NCBI GenBank assembly: GCA_964453645.1
Contig: CAYVRJ010000001.1
Coordinates: forward strand, 106,301 to 138,300
Direction: 5' to 3'
Length of the DNA stretch: 32,000 bases
DNA from: an uncultured Clostridia bacterium
GTDB taxonomy: Bacteria; Bacillota; Clostridia; Christensenellales; JAWKQI01
The notes under the pieces are model-generated. The model had not been told where the DNA came from, searched no databases, and saw only the letters and a list, made by a program, of their open reading frames with translations. The translations under genes were made by a program, and so were the position numbers. Of the stretch, positions 23,506-32,000 are shown piece by piece (the first letter of the stretch is position 1; every line of letters begins with the position of its first letter).

Positions 23506-25590
23506 ATGAAAAAAATACTGTTGTTGCTATTTATTGGCGTTGCTATCTTTTGTGGTTGCGGAATTTTTGTTGATCCTGCGGCAACTGCGAAAGATTTTTT
23601 GCATGCCATCGCCAGCCGCAACTTTGCAAAAGCCTACGACCTCACGTGGTATTATTCCCCTCAGCGGTATTCCAAGGAAGAATTTGTGGCAAAATACACC
23701 AGCATCTTTTCGGGGTTGCAGGTCTCAGACATTACCTATTCCAACGAACAACTAAACGACGATGGGACTCAACTGACCTATACATACGACGCAGTGTATC
23801 ACACGAAATACGGAGAGTTTGAAGGGCAATACACAATGATGCTGGCCATCACCGAAGAGGGTTATGCCGTTGATTATGCGCCCAATTTAATATTACCCGA
23901 AATGGAATTCGGCGATACCATTCGGGTATCCACTCAAAATGCCAACAGGGGGGAGATATTCACCCAAGATCATTACGTTCTGGCGAAAAACACCTACGCA
24001 TACACCGTCTTTTTGCAGGTGGCAGAGGTGGAAAACATTGACGAAACGTCCCTGGGATTGAGTGCATATGTAGATATTTCCGCAATGGATATTGTGGAGA
24101 GGTATGACTATGCAAAAAAGAACGGGTATGAAGTGGCAATTGTCAAATCGTTTCAGCAGTTAGACAGTGCTTTGATGGAAAAAATTACAGCCATTCAAGG
24201 GGTTGCGGTGGACGCCCAGGGTATGACCCCCCTTCGCTACTACGAAGAGAACAGTGCAGCCGCACATCTAACGGGTTATGCCACGGCAGCCCAAAAGGAA
24301 GATTTGGAAAAGCTGTCCATGAGGGAAGGAAAACCGCCTGCCTTTGTGGGGCGAACGGGACTGGAGGGGGAGTTTAACGAAGAATTGTCCGAGCAAAGGG
24401 GGATACTGGTGGCTTTGGTGGACGAATCGGGCAGCGTGAAGCGAACGCTCTACGAAGAACAGCCAAAGCATGGGGCAGACGTTTGGCTCAATATCGATGG
24501 CGACTTGCAGGAGCGAGCGTATTTAGCCTTAGCCCAGTATGTGGACGAAACCCAGGGCGGTTGTGCCGTGGTGCTCAACGCAGATACGGGAGCAGTGCTC
24601 TGTGCGGCTTCCTATCCCTCCTTTGACCCAAACAAGTTTACCTTAGGGGTGGCAAAGGACTACTGGGACAGTTTAATGGAAAACAAATTAACCCCCCTGT
24701 ACTCTCGGTTTTCACAGGGCAGGTATCCACCGGGGTCTACGTTTAAACCCTTCACCATCGTTCCCGCTCTGGACAGCGGGGTCATCACCACCAACTCCGT
24801 CTTTCCCGCAACCGAACGGGTTGTGGACAGGCGGTGGACGCCCTCCTTCGAGCGAAACTGGTATTTTCCCCCCATTACAAGGAAAGACCCGTTGACACTG
24901 GAGCCGACCTTGGAGAACTGCATGATCGTGTCCGACAACATTTTCTTTGCCTATGCCATGCTCAAGCTGGGGGAAGACAAGTTGATGGACTATCTGCACA
25001 AAATTGGGATGGACAAGCCCCTGGACTTTGCCCTGCCCTTGGGAAAACCCAACATACTAAACGCCGAAGAAAATTTAACACGCAAGATGTTGGCAGACAT
25101 GGGTTATGGTCAGGGGGAGTTGCTCATCACGCCCGTCCAGTTGGCAGCTATGTTCACAGCCTTTGTCAACGACGGAGATATATTAACGCCCCAACTGGTG
25201 AATAAAATATCCATCAGCAGGGACGGAAAGGAAGAGATACTTCAGGAATTTGGCAGGGAAGTGGCTGTTGCAGATGTTATATCGGCTTCAGCACGAAAGA
25301 CCCTGCTTCCCATATTAAAAAAGGTAATGGAACCCGGCGGAACGGGCAGCCCCTCCCGGGTGAGCGGAAAGACCCTGGCGGGTAAGACGGGCACCGCACA
25401 GCTTGGGGGAGAGCAGGAGATCGGTTGGATTGTCACCTTTGAAACGGAGGGGCAAGACCGTCGGTTGGTTTTGGTGATGGTGGACGGCCCTGCCCGTTTG
25501 GGTGCAACGAAGTTTGCCATTGCTAAGGAACTCATGTCGTATCAGAACCTGCCCGAAACACCTCCGGATACAACACCCAACGAAGACTAA
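23506..25590 (+). CDS. Class B penicillin-binding protein with NTF2-like (MecA_N) N-terminal domain
   Basis: Signal/lipobox-like N-terminus (LLLLFIGVAIFCGCG). AKDFLHAIASRNFAKAY is an NTF2-like domain. Transpeptidase motifs STFKP (SxxK), SDN (SxN) and KTGT. Confidence 0.9.
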   Translation: MKKILLLLFIGVAIFCGCGIFVDPAATAKDFLHAIASRNFAKAYDLTWYYSPQRYSKEEFVAKYTSIFSGLQVSDITYSNEQLNDDGTQLTYTYDAVYHTKYGEFEGQYTMMLAITEEGYAVDYAPNLILPEMEFGDTIRVSTQNANRGEIFTQDHYVLAKNTYAYTVFLQVAEVENIDETSLGLSAYVDISAMDIVERYDYAKKNGYEVAIVKSFQQLDSALMEKITAIQGVAVDAQGMTPLRYYEENSAAAHLTGYATAAQKEDLEKLSMREGKPPAFVGRTGLEGEFNEELSEQRGILVALVDESGSVKRTLYEEQPKHGADVWLNIDGDLQERAYLALAQYVDETQGGCAVVLNADTGAVLCAASYPSFDPNKFTLGVAKDYWDSLMENKLTPLYSRFSQGRYPPGSTFKPFTIVPALDSGVITTNSVFPATERVVDRRWTPSFERNWYFPPITRKDPLTLEPTLENCMIVSDNIFFAYAMLKLGEDKLMDYLHKIGMDKPLDFALPLGKPNILNAEENLTRKMLADMGYGQGELLITPVQLAAMFTAFVNDGDILTPQLVNKISISRDGKEEILQEFGREVAVADVISASARKTLLPILKKVMEPGGTGSPSRVSGKTLAGKTGTAQLGGEQEIGWIVTFETEGQDRRLVLVMVDGPARLGATKFAIAKELMSYQNLPETPPDTTPNED

Positions 25591-27080
25591 CTGGCGATGA
25601 TCAGCACCTTTTGCCCCTCGTAGAGGTTGTCGGAGATATCGGGGTTTAGCTCCATAATCTGCTTTTCGGTGGTGCGATATTTTTTAGCCACATCGAAGGT
25701 TGAGTCCTTGCCGTTTGCAAAATATATGAATATACCCGCATTCTTTTCGACTTTTTCACCGGTATCCGTTGCTCCCACGGCAACTTCCATCTCTTCGCAG
25801 GCATAAACCTGTATCTGGAAGTCTAGCGTACAGCTGACGTTCACTTTGCCGTCGGCAATTTCGCCCTTGGCATCCCGCACCCCACAGCGGATGGCACACT
25901 TGTTGTCTTCTTCCATGCCGCCAATGGGCAGTTCATAGGCGAAGGGTGCCTCTAACTTGCGGCACATGAGGGAGTCTCCCTGCATAAAGAATGCATAGAT
26001 GTCGGCCATACCCTCCAGCGAAACGCTGTCTTTGGAACACTGTTTCCACAAAATCAAGGGTCGAAGCATGACAACCGTTTCACCGCTGTCTACTCCCGAA
26101 ATGTCACTGGACAGCTGGGTTTCTTTACTCAGGCTCACCCCAAAGGAATCGTAGGTGTGGGTGTGGTTTTGCTTGGATATCTCAATGACCGTATCTTGGC
26201 AGTATGCGTCGCAGGTGATCTCCACGGTCTCTTTGCCGCAGAGGGTGAGCTTAATGGAGAGCATGGCTTCGATGCAGATTAAATTGCTCTCGCCTTCGAT
26301 GGCAACGGCGTTCAGCTCATCTATGTTGGCTTCCACCCGGGCGTAATCGCCCTCTTGGTAGTTCTCCAGGGTGAACAGTTGTTCAAAGGGAATGGCTGCG
26401 GTGTGGGTGCACAGGGGGGCAGATTCATTACCCGTGCGCATGAGCACGTTTACCACCATTTCTCCCGTGACTACGGCAGAGTTTTCGTCGAACATAATGT
26501 CACAGCCCTTGGCGTAGCCGTGCAGGTTTACAATATCTTCAATACTCATGGGCAGTTTTACATCTTCTCGAATGGGCACCATGCGGGTTTTCACATCTCG
26601 GATAAAGCTGACATTTTTTAAGCTGGACTTGGTGATCAGGTTTTGATCCCGGGCGTCCAGTGCCACTTGTCGCTGATTGTTCACAGCAGAAGCGTTGATG
26701 TCGATGGCACTTTTTAGATAAATCTCACGAGGCCCTCCCTGCACACTCTCGCAGTCGGAAACACCCACCCAAACGGACAAGATGGAGTCGGGCAGTACGC
26801 CGTTGGTCTCCACCGTGGTTTTAAACGCAGCTGTGGCGCTAAAGGAACAACAGGTGTCTTGCACAGAGAGGTAACAAATGGTATACACCACATTGCCGTC
26901 CATGAGGATGCGGCCGTGGGTTGGCTCCGCAGAGAGCAGCCTTGCCCGGGCATCGGCCATGAGCACTTGCTTAATGTCGGGCAGCGTGGGGGGAGGAGAG
27001 AGTTTGGCTTCGTTTATCGCTTGTGTCGCAAACTCCATCATTTCGCCCAAAAAACATAACTCCTTCATATTTATATCCAT
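25587..27080 (-). CDS. DUF3794/SPOCS-repeat protein with C-terminal LysM domain (SipL-like sporulation protein)
   Basis: The C-terminus (FDVAKKYRTTEKQIMELNPDISDNLYEGQKVLI) fits LysM. The N-terminus (LPDIKQVLMADARARLLSAEPTHGRILMDGNVVYTICYL) fits the DUF3794 repeat. This is the architecture of clostridial SipL. Confidence 0.6.
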   Translation of the reverse strand: MDINMKELCFLGEMMEFATQAINEAKLSPPPTLPDIKQVLMADARARLLSAEPTHGRILMDGNVVYTICYLSVQDTCCSFSATAAFKTTVETNGVLPDSILSVWVGVSDCESVQGGPREIYLKSAIDINASAVNNQRQVALDARDQNLITKSSLKNVSFIRDVKTRMVPIREDVKLPMSIEDIVNLHGYAKGCDIMFDENSAVVTGEMVVNVLMRTGNESAPLCTHTAAIPFEQLFTLENYQEGDYARVEANIDELNAVAIEGESNLICIEAMLSIKLTLCGKETVEITCDAYCQDTVIEISKQNHTHTYDSFGVSLSKETQLSSDISGVDSGETVVMLRPLILWKQCSKDSVSLEGMADIYAFFMQGDSLMCRKLEAPFAYELPIGGMEEDNKCAIRCGVRDAKGEIADGKVNVSCTLDFQIQVYACEEMEVAVGATDTGEKVEKNAGIFIYFANGKDSTFDVAKKYRTTEKQIMELNPDISDNLYEGQKVLIIAS

Positions 27081-27188
27081 TTTCTACACCCTTTCATATA
27101 CAGTTTGTTTATATATACTTGGATGCTTTTTAAATTATGCAATGAAAATTTTTTGCCAAAAACTTCTTTGCAACAAAAAATACAAGGC

Positions 27189-27218
27189 TGCACAAAATAA
27201 ATCGAGGAAATCTATAAT
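27189..27218 (+). promoter_or_regulatory. Possible promoter for the YtxC-like gene
   Basis: TGCACA (4/6 match to TTGACA), 18 nt, TATAAT (27213-27218). 31 nt upstream of ATG 27250, which has SD aaggagag. Confidence 0.3.
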
Positions 27219-27249
27219 ATAAATAGGATAGAATAAATAAGGAGAGCTG

Positions 27250-27921
27250 ATGAGTCTAAGTGCGATCAATAGTGTTGAATACTTAGTTTATGCCGACACA
27301 ATAATCGAAAGCTTACAAGTTAGATTTATACATAGAAAAATAGATAAGTTTAATTCAAAATTGAGCGACAACCTAAAAAACGAAATAACAAAACGGGTTT
27401 TAAGACAAATTTGGCTAAGGCCAAATGGCAGCGGTTTGGTGGAGCAGGCGAAGCTTGACGTGGCGAATCGGATTGCAGAACTAGTGGCCGAAAAACCTTG
27501 CGAAGATTATATCAACCTAGAGGGGTTTTTGCAGTTTCGCATGAAGGATTACGTGGAGCGATGGAGCCAGTGCGTGGACGAAGTGATCGACGAGTTGGTG
27601 GAAGAATCGGCCTATAACGAGTTTATCCACGTTCTCAAAAGCTTTGTGGAACTAAACGAACCCATGTGCGGCAATGTGCACATATATTTCGACAAAAACG
27701 GGTATCGTCTGACAGATGATGAAAACCAACCCATCCCTCTGGCCGGAATGGAGGAGTGCAGTTGGTTTAGTATGGATATGACCAATGCGGATAAACTGCT
27801 ATCAACACTCATCAATTTGTGTCCCTTGCGGATCACCATGCATATTGCCGGAAAGGTGGAGCGAAAAGGTCTCATTCAGACCATCGCAACAGTATTCGAG
27901 GGCAGAGTGGAGTATGTTTAA
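27250..27921 (+). CDS. YtxC-like putative sporulation protein
   Basis: 223 aa. The central segment (FLQFRMKDYVERW...AYNEFIHVLKSFVELNEP...VHIYF) resembles the conserved YtxC-family core as I recall it. No enzymatic motifs. Confidence 0.45.
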   Translation: MSLSAINSVEYLVYADTIIESLQVRFIHRKIDKFNSKLSDNLKNEITKRVLRQIWLRPNGSGLVEQAKLDVANRIAELVAEKPCEDYINLEGFLQFRMKDYVERWSQCVDEVIDELVEESAYNEFIHVLKSFVELNEPMCGNVHIYFDKNGYRLTDDENQPIPLAGMEECSWFSMDMTNADKLLSTLINLCPLRITMHIAGKVERKGLIQTIATVFEGRVEYV

Positions 27922-28481
27922 ATGTTTTTGAGGGCAAGGTTTAATTTAAAGACTGGAAGCCCCACTACATTAAAATAATCTCCGTTGATTTTTTCAACAA
28001 ACTTTGCCCCGTAACCCTGTATGCCATACGCTCCAGCCTTGTCCAAGTGTTCCCCTGTCTCTAAATATCGTTTAATTTCTTCGTCGGGAATTTGACCGAA
28101 GGTGACAGACGTTCGCTCACAAAAGCCCATACGTTTACCCGACAAGGTGTTGATGAGACAAACCCCAGTAAACACGTGATGGGTTCGTCCCGACAACATT
28201 TTGAGCATGAGAAAGGCCTGATCGTCGGATTTAGGCTTTTGCATAATGCGTCCGTTTAGCTCCACAATCGTGTCACAACCAATGACAATGGATTCGTCCA
28301 GCACCCGAAGGGCTACGTCCAGCGCCTTTTGCTGGGCGAGTTTTTTTGTGTATTCGTCGGGATCGCAAAGGGGTATGGCCGATTCGTCCACTTGACTCAC
28401 CAGAATAGAAAACTTGGGAACGATTAATTTTAACAGCTCCTGTCGCCTTTTGGATGCAGATGCCAAAACCACACTCAACAT
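27918..28481 (-). CDS. maf: Maf-family nucleoside triphosphate pyrophosphatase
   Basis: VVLASASKRRQELL, VIGCDT, KAGAYGIQG and NVVGLP are Maf motifs. ATG 28481 lies 4 nt after the rnfB stop. GTG 28541 would give a 20-aa extension overlapping rnfB. Confidence 0.88.
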   Translation of the reverse strand: MLSVVLASASKRRQELLKLIVPKFSILVSQVDESAIPLCDPDEYTKKLAQQKALDVALRVLDESIVIGCDTIVELNGRIMQKPKSDDQAFLMLKMLSGRTHHVFTGVCLINTLSGKRMGFCERTSVTFGQIPDEEIKRYLETGEHLDKAGAYGIQGYGAKFVEKINGDYFNVVGLPVFKLNLALKNI

Positions 28482-28485
28482 TGTT

Positions 28486-29298
28486 TTACCAATTTTCCTC
28501 CGCAATTCGATCGATAATCTTTGTGGGACACTTCTTTGCACATGTCAAACAGTTGGTGCACTTCTCGTGTTCAAAGACGGGGATGTTGTCGGCCATGGTG
28601 AGGGCACCTGCCTCGCAGTTTTTGGCGCAAAGGCCGCAGCCAATGCAACCCACTTTACACACCGACAAAACCTCTTTACCCTTACCCGTGTTGCGGCAAG
28701 CGATATAAAAGGAGTGTGCCTCGTCCTCGATGACGATACACTTTTTGGGGCAGATGTTCACGCATTTGGCACAGCCCGTGCACTTGGTAGTGTCTACATA
28801 TGCCACTCCCCGGTCGTTCACGGAGATGGCACCAAAGGGGCAGACGTTGGTACAAGTGCCAAACCCAAGGCAGCCGTACGCGCAGGCCTTAAACCCACCC
28901 GCAACAGCAAATGCGCTCCGGCAGTCTGAAAGCCCTGCATAGGCAAAGGCATTCACACTCAAGTCCTCACCCCCCGAACAGAGCACCCGTGCGTGCTTCT
29001 CAGACAGCTTGGAGAGGGAAACACCCAAGATTTCACTGGCCTTTTGGGCATTTTCTTTAGAGATAACACCGCAAGCGGTGATGTTTGCATTGCCTTCGCA
29101 CACGGCTTGGGCTAAACCCGCACAGCCGGGAAAACCGCAGCCCCCGCAGTTTGCACCGGGCAATAGTTCTGCTATTTCGTCAAAGTGTGCCACTTTTTCA
29201 ACAGCAAATTTTTTGGAAGCAATGCCAAGGCCAATGCCAAAGAGCAGTCCCAAGCCCCCAAGAATGGAAAGGGGCAGAAGTAACGATTGAAAGTCCAT
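28486..29298 (-). CDS. rnfB: Rnf electron-transport complex subunit B (polyferredoxin type)
   Basis: N-terminal TM helix, CGGCGFPGC motif and several CxxCxxCxxxCP ferredoxin motifs. Gene order rnfD-G-E-A-B. Confidence 0.92.
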   Translation of the reverse strand: MDFQSLLLPLSILGGLGLLFGIGLGIASKKFAVEKVAHFDEIAELLPGANCGGCGFPGCAGLAQAVCEGNANITACGVISKENAQKASEILGVSLSKLSEKHARVLCSGGEDLSVNAFAYAGLSDCRSAFAVAGGFKACAYGCLGFGTCTNVCPFGAISVNDRGVAYVDTTKCTGCAKCVNICPKKCIVIEDEAHSFYIACRNTGKGKEVLSVCKVGCIGCGLCAKNCEAGALTMADNIPVFEHEKCTNCLTCAKKCPTKIIDRIAEENW

Positions 29299-29310
29299 AA
29301 ATATACCCCC

Positions 29311-29889
29311 CTATATCATGCCGCTAAAGCCCATAAATGCAACGCTCATGAGCGCCGCACTGATGAGGGCGATGGGGATACCCTGCATGGCCTTTGGGAT
29401 GTTGGAGAGCTCCAGTCGTTCCCGAATGCCCGCAAACAACACGATGGCTAAGGTGAACCCGATGGCCGCACCGATGCCGTTCACAAGGGTGCCCACAAAG
29501 CCGTACTGTTCAGTGATGTTCAGGATGGCCACGCCCAGCACCGCACAGTTGGTGGTGATGAGGGGCAAAAACACACCCAGTGCCTGATACAGCGAAGGGG
29601 AGAGCTTTTGCAGTGCCATTTCTACTAGCTGCACCAGCGCAGCGATGACGAGAATAAACGCAACGGTTTGTAAATATCCAATTCCTAGGGGAACGAGAAT
29701 AAAGTACCAGACGAAATAGGTGATGACCGAAGCGAGTGCCATAACGAAGGTGACGGCAAGGCCCATGCCCGCAGCAGTCTGCACCCGTTTGGATACCCCA
29801 AGAAAGGGGCAGATGCCCAAAAACCGGGATAAAACAAAGTTGTTGACTAAAATGGAACTGAGTAGTATTAAGAAGATATTTTCTTTCAT
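29311..29889 (-). CDS. rnfA: Rnf complex subunit A
   Basis: 192 aa integral membrane protein. NNFVLSRFLGICPFLGVS and LPLITTNCAVLG are RnfA/NqrE-like motifs. Confidence 0.92.
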   Translation of the reverse strand: MKENIFLILLSSILVNNFVLSRFLGICPFLGVSKRVQTAAGMGLAVTFVMALASVITYFVWYFILVPLGIGYLQTVAFILVIAALVQLVEMALQKLSPSLYQALGVFLPLITTNCAVLGVAILNITEQYGFVGTLVNGIGAAIGFTLAIVLFAGIRERLELSNIPKAMQGIPIALISAALMSVAFMGFSGMI

Positions 29890-30500
29890 GCCTGACCTCC
29901 CCGCTTATTTTCCCGCTTGTTGTTGATGGCGTTGATTAAGGCGAGCACCAAACCAAGGGTTAAAAATCCACCCGGTGCCATGATCATGATGAGGGCAGAG
30001 GGGAAACTTTCACCAAAGAGGGGAAAACCCAGTAGCGTGCCGTTGCCCACAATCTCCCGGATGAAGGAGAGCACGCACAGTCCCAAAGTGAACCCCAATC
30101 CCATACCCAAGCCGTCTACTAAGGATTGAAACACCGTGTGCTTAGAGGCAAAGGATTCCGCACGGGCGAGAATGATACAGTTGACTACGATGAGGGGGAT
30201 GAACAACCCCAAAGATTTGTCCAGATCGGGCAGATAGGCCTTGAGGGCCAACTGAACGATGGTCACAAAGGAGGCGATAACTACGATAAACGCAGGGATG
30301 CGCACCTTGCTGGGTATAAAGTTGCGAAGGAGGGAGATGACCACATTGGAACAAATGAGCACAAAGGTGGCCGCAAGCCCCATGCCGATTCCGTTGGAAA
30401 GGGCGGTGGTCACCGCTAAGGTGGGGCACATGCCCAAAACCAGCACAAAAGTTGGGTTTTGGCTAAATATTCCGTCTTTTAATATTTTTAGAGGTTTCAC
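29886..30500 (-). CDS. rnfE: Rnf complex subunit E
   Basis: QNPTFVLVLGMCPTLAVT and IPLIVVNCIILARAE are RnfE/NqrD-like motifs. GTG 30500 has SD GGAGG 6 nt upstream and overlaps the rnfG stop (GTGA). Confidence 0.9.
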   Translation of the reverse strand: MKPLKILKDGIFSQNPTFVLVLGMCPTLAVTTALSNGIGMGLAATFVLICSNVVISLLRNFIPSKVRIPAFIVVIASFVTIVQLALKAYLPDLDKSLGLFIPLIVVNCIILARAESFASKHTVFQSLVDGLGMGLGFTLGLCVLSFIREIVGNGTLLGFPLFGESFPSALIMIMAPGGFLTLGLVLALINAINNKRENKRGGQA

Positions 30501-31063
30501 TTTGCACCTCCCAATTCTTTGCATAACGTTAAAGCCAAATTCACAGCGTGGGTCACACCCTTAGAAGAAAGGGTTGCACCCGAGATGGCTTGGATTTCGC
30601 TGTCCAAAGATGGTGGGTTTTTCACCACTTTGAGTTCCCCAACCTTGCCCGCAAACTGGCCTAAGAAAACCGGTTCGCTGGCCTTTGATCCAAGGCCGGG
30701 GGTTTCCTGCATGGACGTGATGTACACGTTGGAGACTGAACCATCGGCATGTATGCCCACGGCTACGTTGAGCCCACTGTTGTACCCCTTTGTTGAGATG
30801 TTCACAACATATCCAACGGTTTCACTTTGGTTTACACCTCGAAACAGGCTTTGCACCTCGGGGTAGCCGCTGGGCTTTGAAAGTTCTTGGAATTCTTGAG
30901 CTTGGGGTAAAACGATCTGCTGGGACTGTTTTAACACTTCTTGGTCCCGTGCTGCTATTTCTCCAAAAGTGAGCTGATAGGCACCGCCCAGCAGCAGTGC
31001 GCTGAGGGCACAAATGAGGGTGAGCCGCCAAGCCAAGTTGAATGTGGATTCTTTGTTCTTCAT
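30497..31063 (-). CDS. rnfG: Rnf complex subunit G (FMN-binding)
   Basis: N-terminal TM anchor and an FMN_bind domain with flavinylation motif ISGATLSSKG. ATGA overlap with rnfD. Confidence 0.9.
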   Translation of the reverse strand: MKNKESTFNLAWRLTLICALSALLLGGAYQLTFGEIAARDQEVLKQSQQIVLPQAQEFQELSKPSGYPEVQSLFRGVNQSETVGYVVNISTKGYNSGLNVAVGIHADGSVSNVYITSMQETPGLGSKASEPVFLGQFAGKVGELKVVKNPPSLDSEIQAISGATLSSKGVTHAVNLALTLCKELGGAK

Positions 31064-32000
31064 TTTGCACCTCCGTACAGCCTTGGTTTTACAGTCTTTT
31101 CAAGGAGAGGAGTGCACACGTTGGCAATGAGGATGGCAAAGGAAACGCCCTCGGGGTATCCGCCGTATATACGAATGACGGATGTTAATACCCCGCACAG
31201 CAGCCCATAAATAAAACGGGCACGGGTGGTCACAGGGGAACTGGCGTAGTCCGTGGCCATGAAAATGGCACCGATAAAGAGTCCGCCACCTAAAATCTCG
31301 TATAAGCCATAAAGGGGGGAGAAACCAACGGGGGAGAGCAGGGTTGTGAGCACAAACACAGTTGAAATGTAGACAAGGGGAATCACCGGGTGAATCACCT
31401 TGCGGATGACCAAATATAACCCCCCGAGGAGCAGGGCTATGGCAGAAACTTCCCCGATGCATCCGGCAATGTTGCCTGTGAACATGTCCATCAATGGGGG
31501 GACAGAGGCCATATCTCCCGCTTTGAGCAGAGCCAAGGGAGTTGCGGAAGACACCGCATCCACCAGTGGCTGGCTCCACGTCGTCATATACACCGGCCAA
31601 GAGATGAGCATCACACACCGGGCAGCCAGTGCAGGGTTTAAGAAATTGTGGGCCAAACCGCCAAAGGCCTGCTTGGCGATGGCGATGGCGAATATACCGC
31701 CGATCACGGGCAGCCACAGGGGAATTTCGGGGGGAAGGTTTAACCCCAAGAGAAGCCCCGTGATGATTGCAGAAAAATCGTTGATGGTAACGGGTACTCG
31801 CCGAAGTTTTTGTATGACAAACTCAGTGGCAACGCAGGTGAGTACGCATAACCCCACCACCAACAAAGAGTACAATCCAAACAGTACAGCCCCAACGATG
31901 GTTGCGGGGATCAGTGCGATCACCACGTCCTTCATGAGCCGGGGTACGGTGACGTTGGAGTGGACGTGGGGGGAGGAGGAGAGGTATAAACTATTGTTTG
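31060..32000 (-). CDS. rnfD: Rnf complex subunit D (5' end beyond the window)
   Basis: Polytopic membrane protein. The frame stays open upstream of the ORF-track Met (31935) to the window edge, and reads SSSPHVHSNVTVPRLMKDVVIALIPA there. That is the conserved RnfD/NqrB N-terminal SPH region, so the true start lies past 32000. Confidence 0.88.
   Translation of the reverse strand, partial: NNSLYLSSSPHVHSNVTVPRLMKDVVIALIPATIVGAVLFGLYSLLVVGLCVLTCVATEFVIQKLRRVPVTINDFSAIITGLLLGLNLPPEIPLWLPVIGGIFAIAIAKQAFGGLAHNFLNPALAARCVMLISWPVYMTTWSQPLVDAVSSATPLALLKAGDMASVPPLMDMFTGNIAGCIGEVSAIALLLGGLYLVIRKVIHPVIPLVYISTVFVLTTLLSPVGFSPLYGLYEILGGGLFIGAIFMATDYASSPVTTRARFIYGLLCGVLTSVIRIYGGYPEGVSFAILIANVCTPLLEKTVKPRLYGGAK

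Noticed and set aside
27081-27150. Sporulation sigma (SigE/SigK-type) promoter upstream of the SipL-like gene
   Set aside because: ATA-rich strings (GCATAATTT, GTATATAT, TGTATATGA) are present on the minus strand. I could not fit both boxes to a consensus with correct spacing, and AT-rich DNA produces such matches easily.
27744-27753. CGGAATGGAG, the 3' core of the gmd/manC leader, recurs inside the YtxC-like CDS
   Set aside because: It lies in coding sequence (AGMEE) and lacks the 5' half (ACGATTTGTGNCGTA) and the hairpin. This shows that the short GGA-rich core alone occurs by chance. Only the full 38-nt element is treated as significant.
31935-32000. ATG 31935 as the start of rnfD
   Set aside because: The frame remains open to the window edge and encodes SSSPHVHSNVTVPRL, the conserved RnfD N-terminal region. 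The gene is therefore 5'-truncated by the window.
1-32000. Mobile elements, defence systems, CRISPR arrays, tRNA/rRNA genes and prophage remnants
   Set aside because: I saw no direct or inverted terminal repeats, no transposase, integrase or recombinase motifs, no repeat-spacer periodicity and no cloverleaf-sized conserved RNAs. Intergenic space is under 5% of the window and is accounted for by promoters, leaders and terminators.

Overview
Densely coding window of about 50% GC. It reads like the chromosome of a spore-forming Firmicute (Clostridia-like). Support for that: GGAGG-type Shine-Dalgarno sites, many ATGA/GTGA/TTGA start-stop overlaps, SipL-like and YtxC-like sporulation genes, and the clostridial rnf gene order. 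I found no tRNA, rRNA, CRISPR array, transposase or integrase.

Five blocks:
(1) 14-10485 (+): a tightly coupled ten-gene operon. It mixes carbohydrate or cyclitol enzymes (URO-D-like protein, Gfo/Idh/MocA oxidoreductase, two xylose-isomerase-like TIM barrels, DeoC aldolase, PfkB kinase) with a GldA/F/G-like ABC-2 module plus a DUF4340 protein.
(2) 10501-11682 (-): an MFS transporter, divergent from block 3.
(3) 11785-22034 (+): one promoter-to-terminator unit. Gene order is cobalamin-type radical SAM enzyme, gmd, fcl/colC-like, colD, manB, manC, one GT11 glycosyltransferase, and a membrane-anchored metallophosphoesterase. These genes make up a complete GDP-L-colitose (and/or GDP-L-fucose) pathway in a Gram-positive setting. 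A 38-44 nt leader is repeated, at identical spacing, in front of gmd and manC.
(4) 22080-25590 (+): an HD-GYP phosphodiesterase, a 70-aa bitopic leucine-zipper protein, and a MecA_N-type class B PBP.
(5) 25587-32000: a SipL-like gene and a YtxC-like gene, then maf-rnfB-rnfA-rnfE-rnfG-rnfD(partial) on the minus strand.

The best candidate for something new is block 3, followed by the odd enzyme/ABC-2 operon of block 1. All family calls come from motif recognition by eye. No database search was run.
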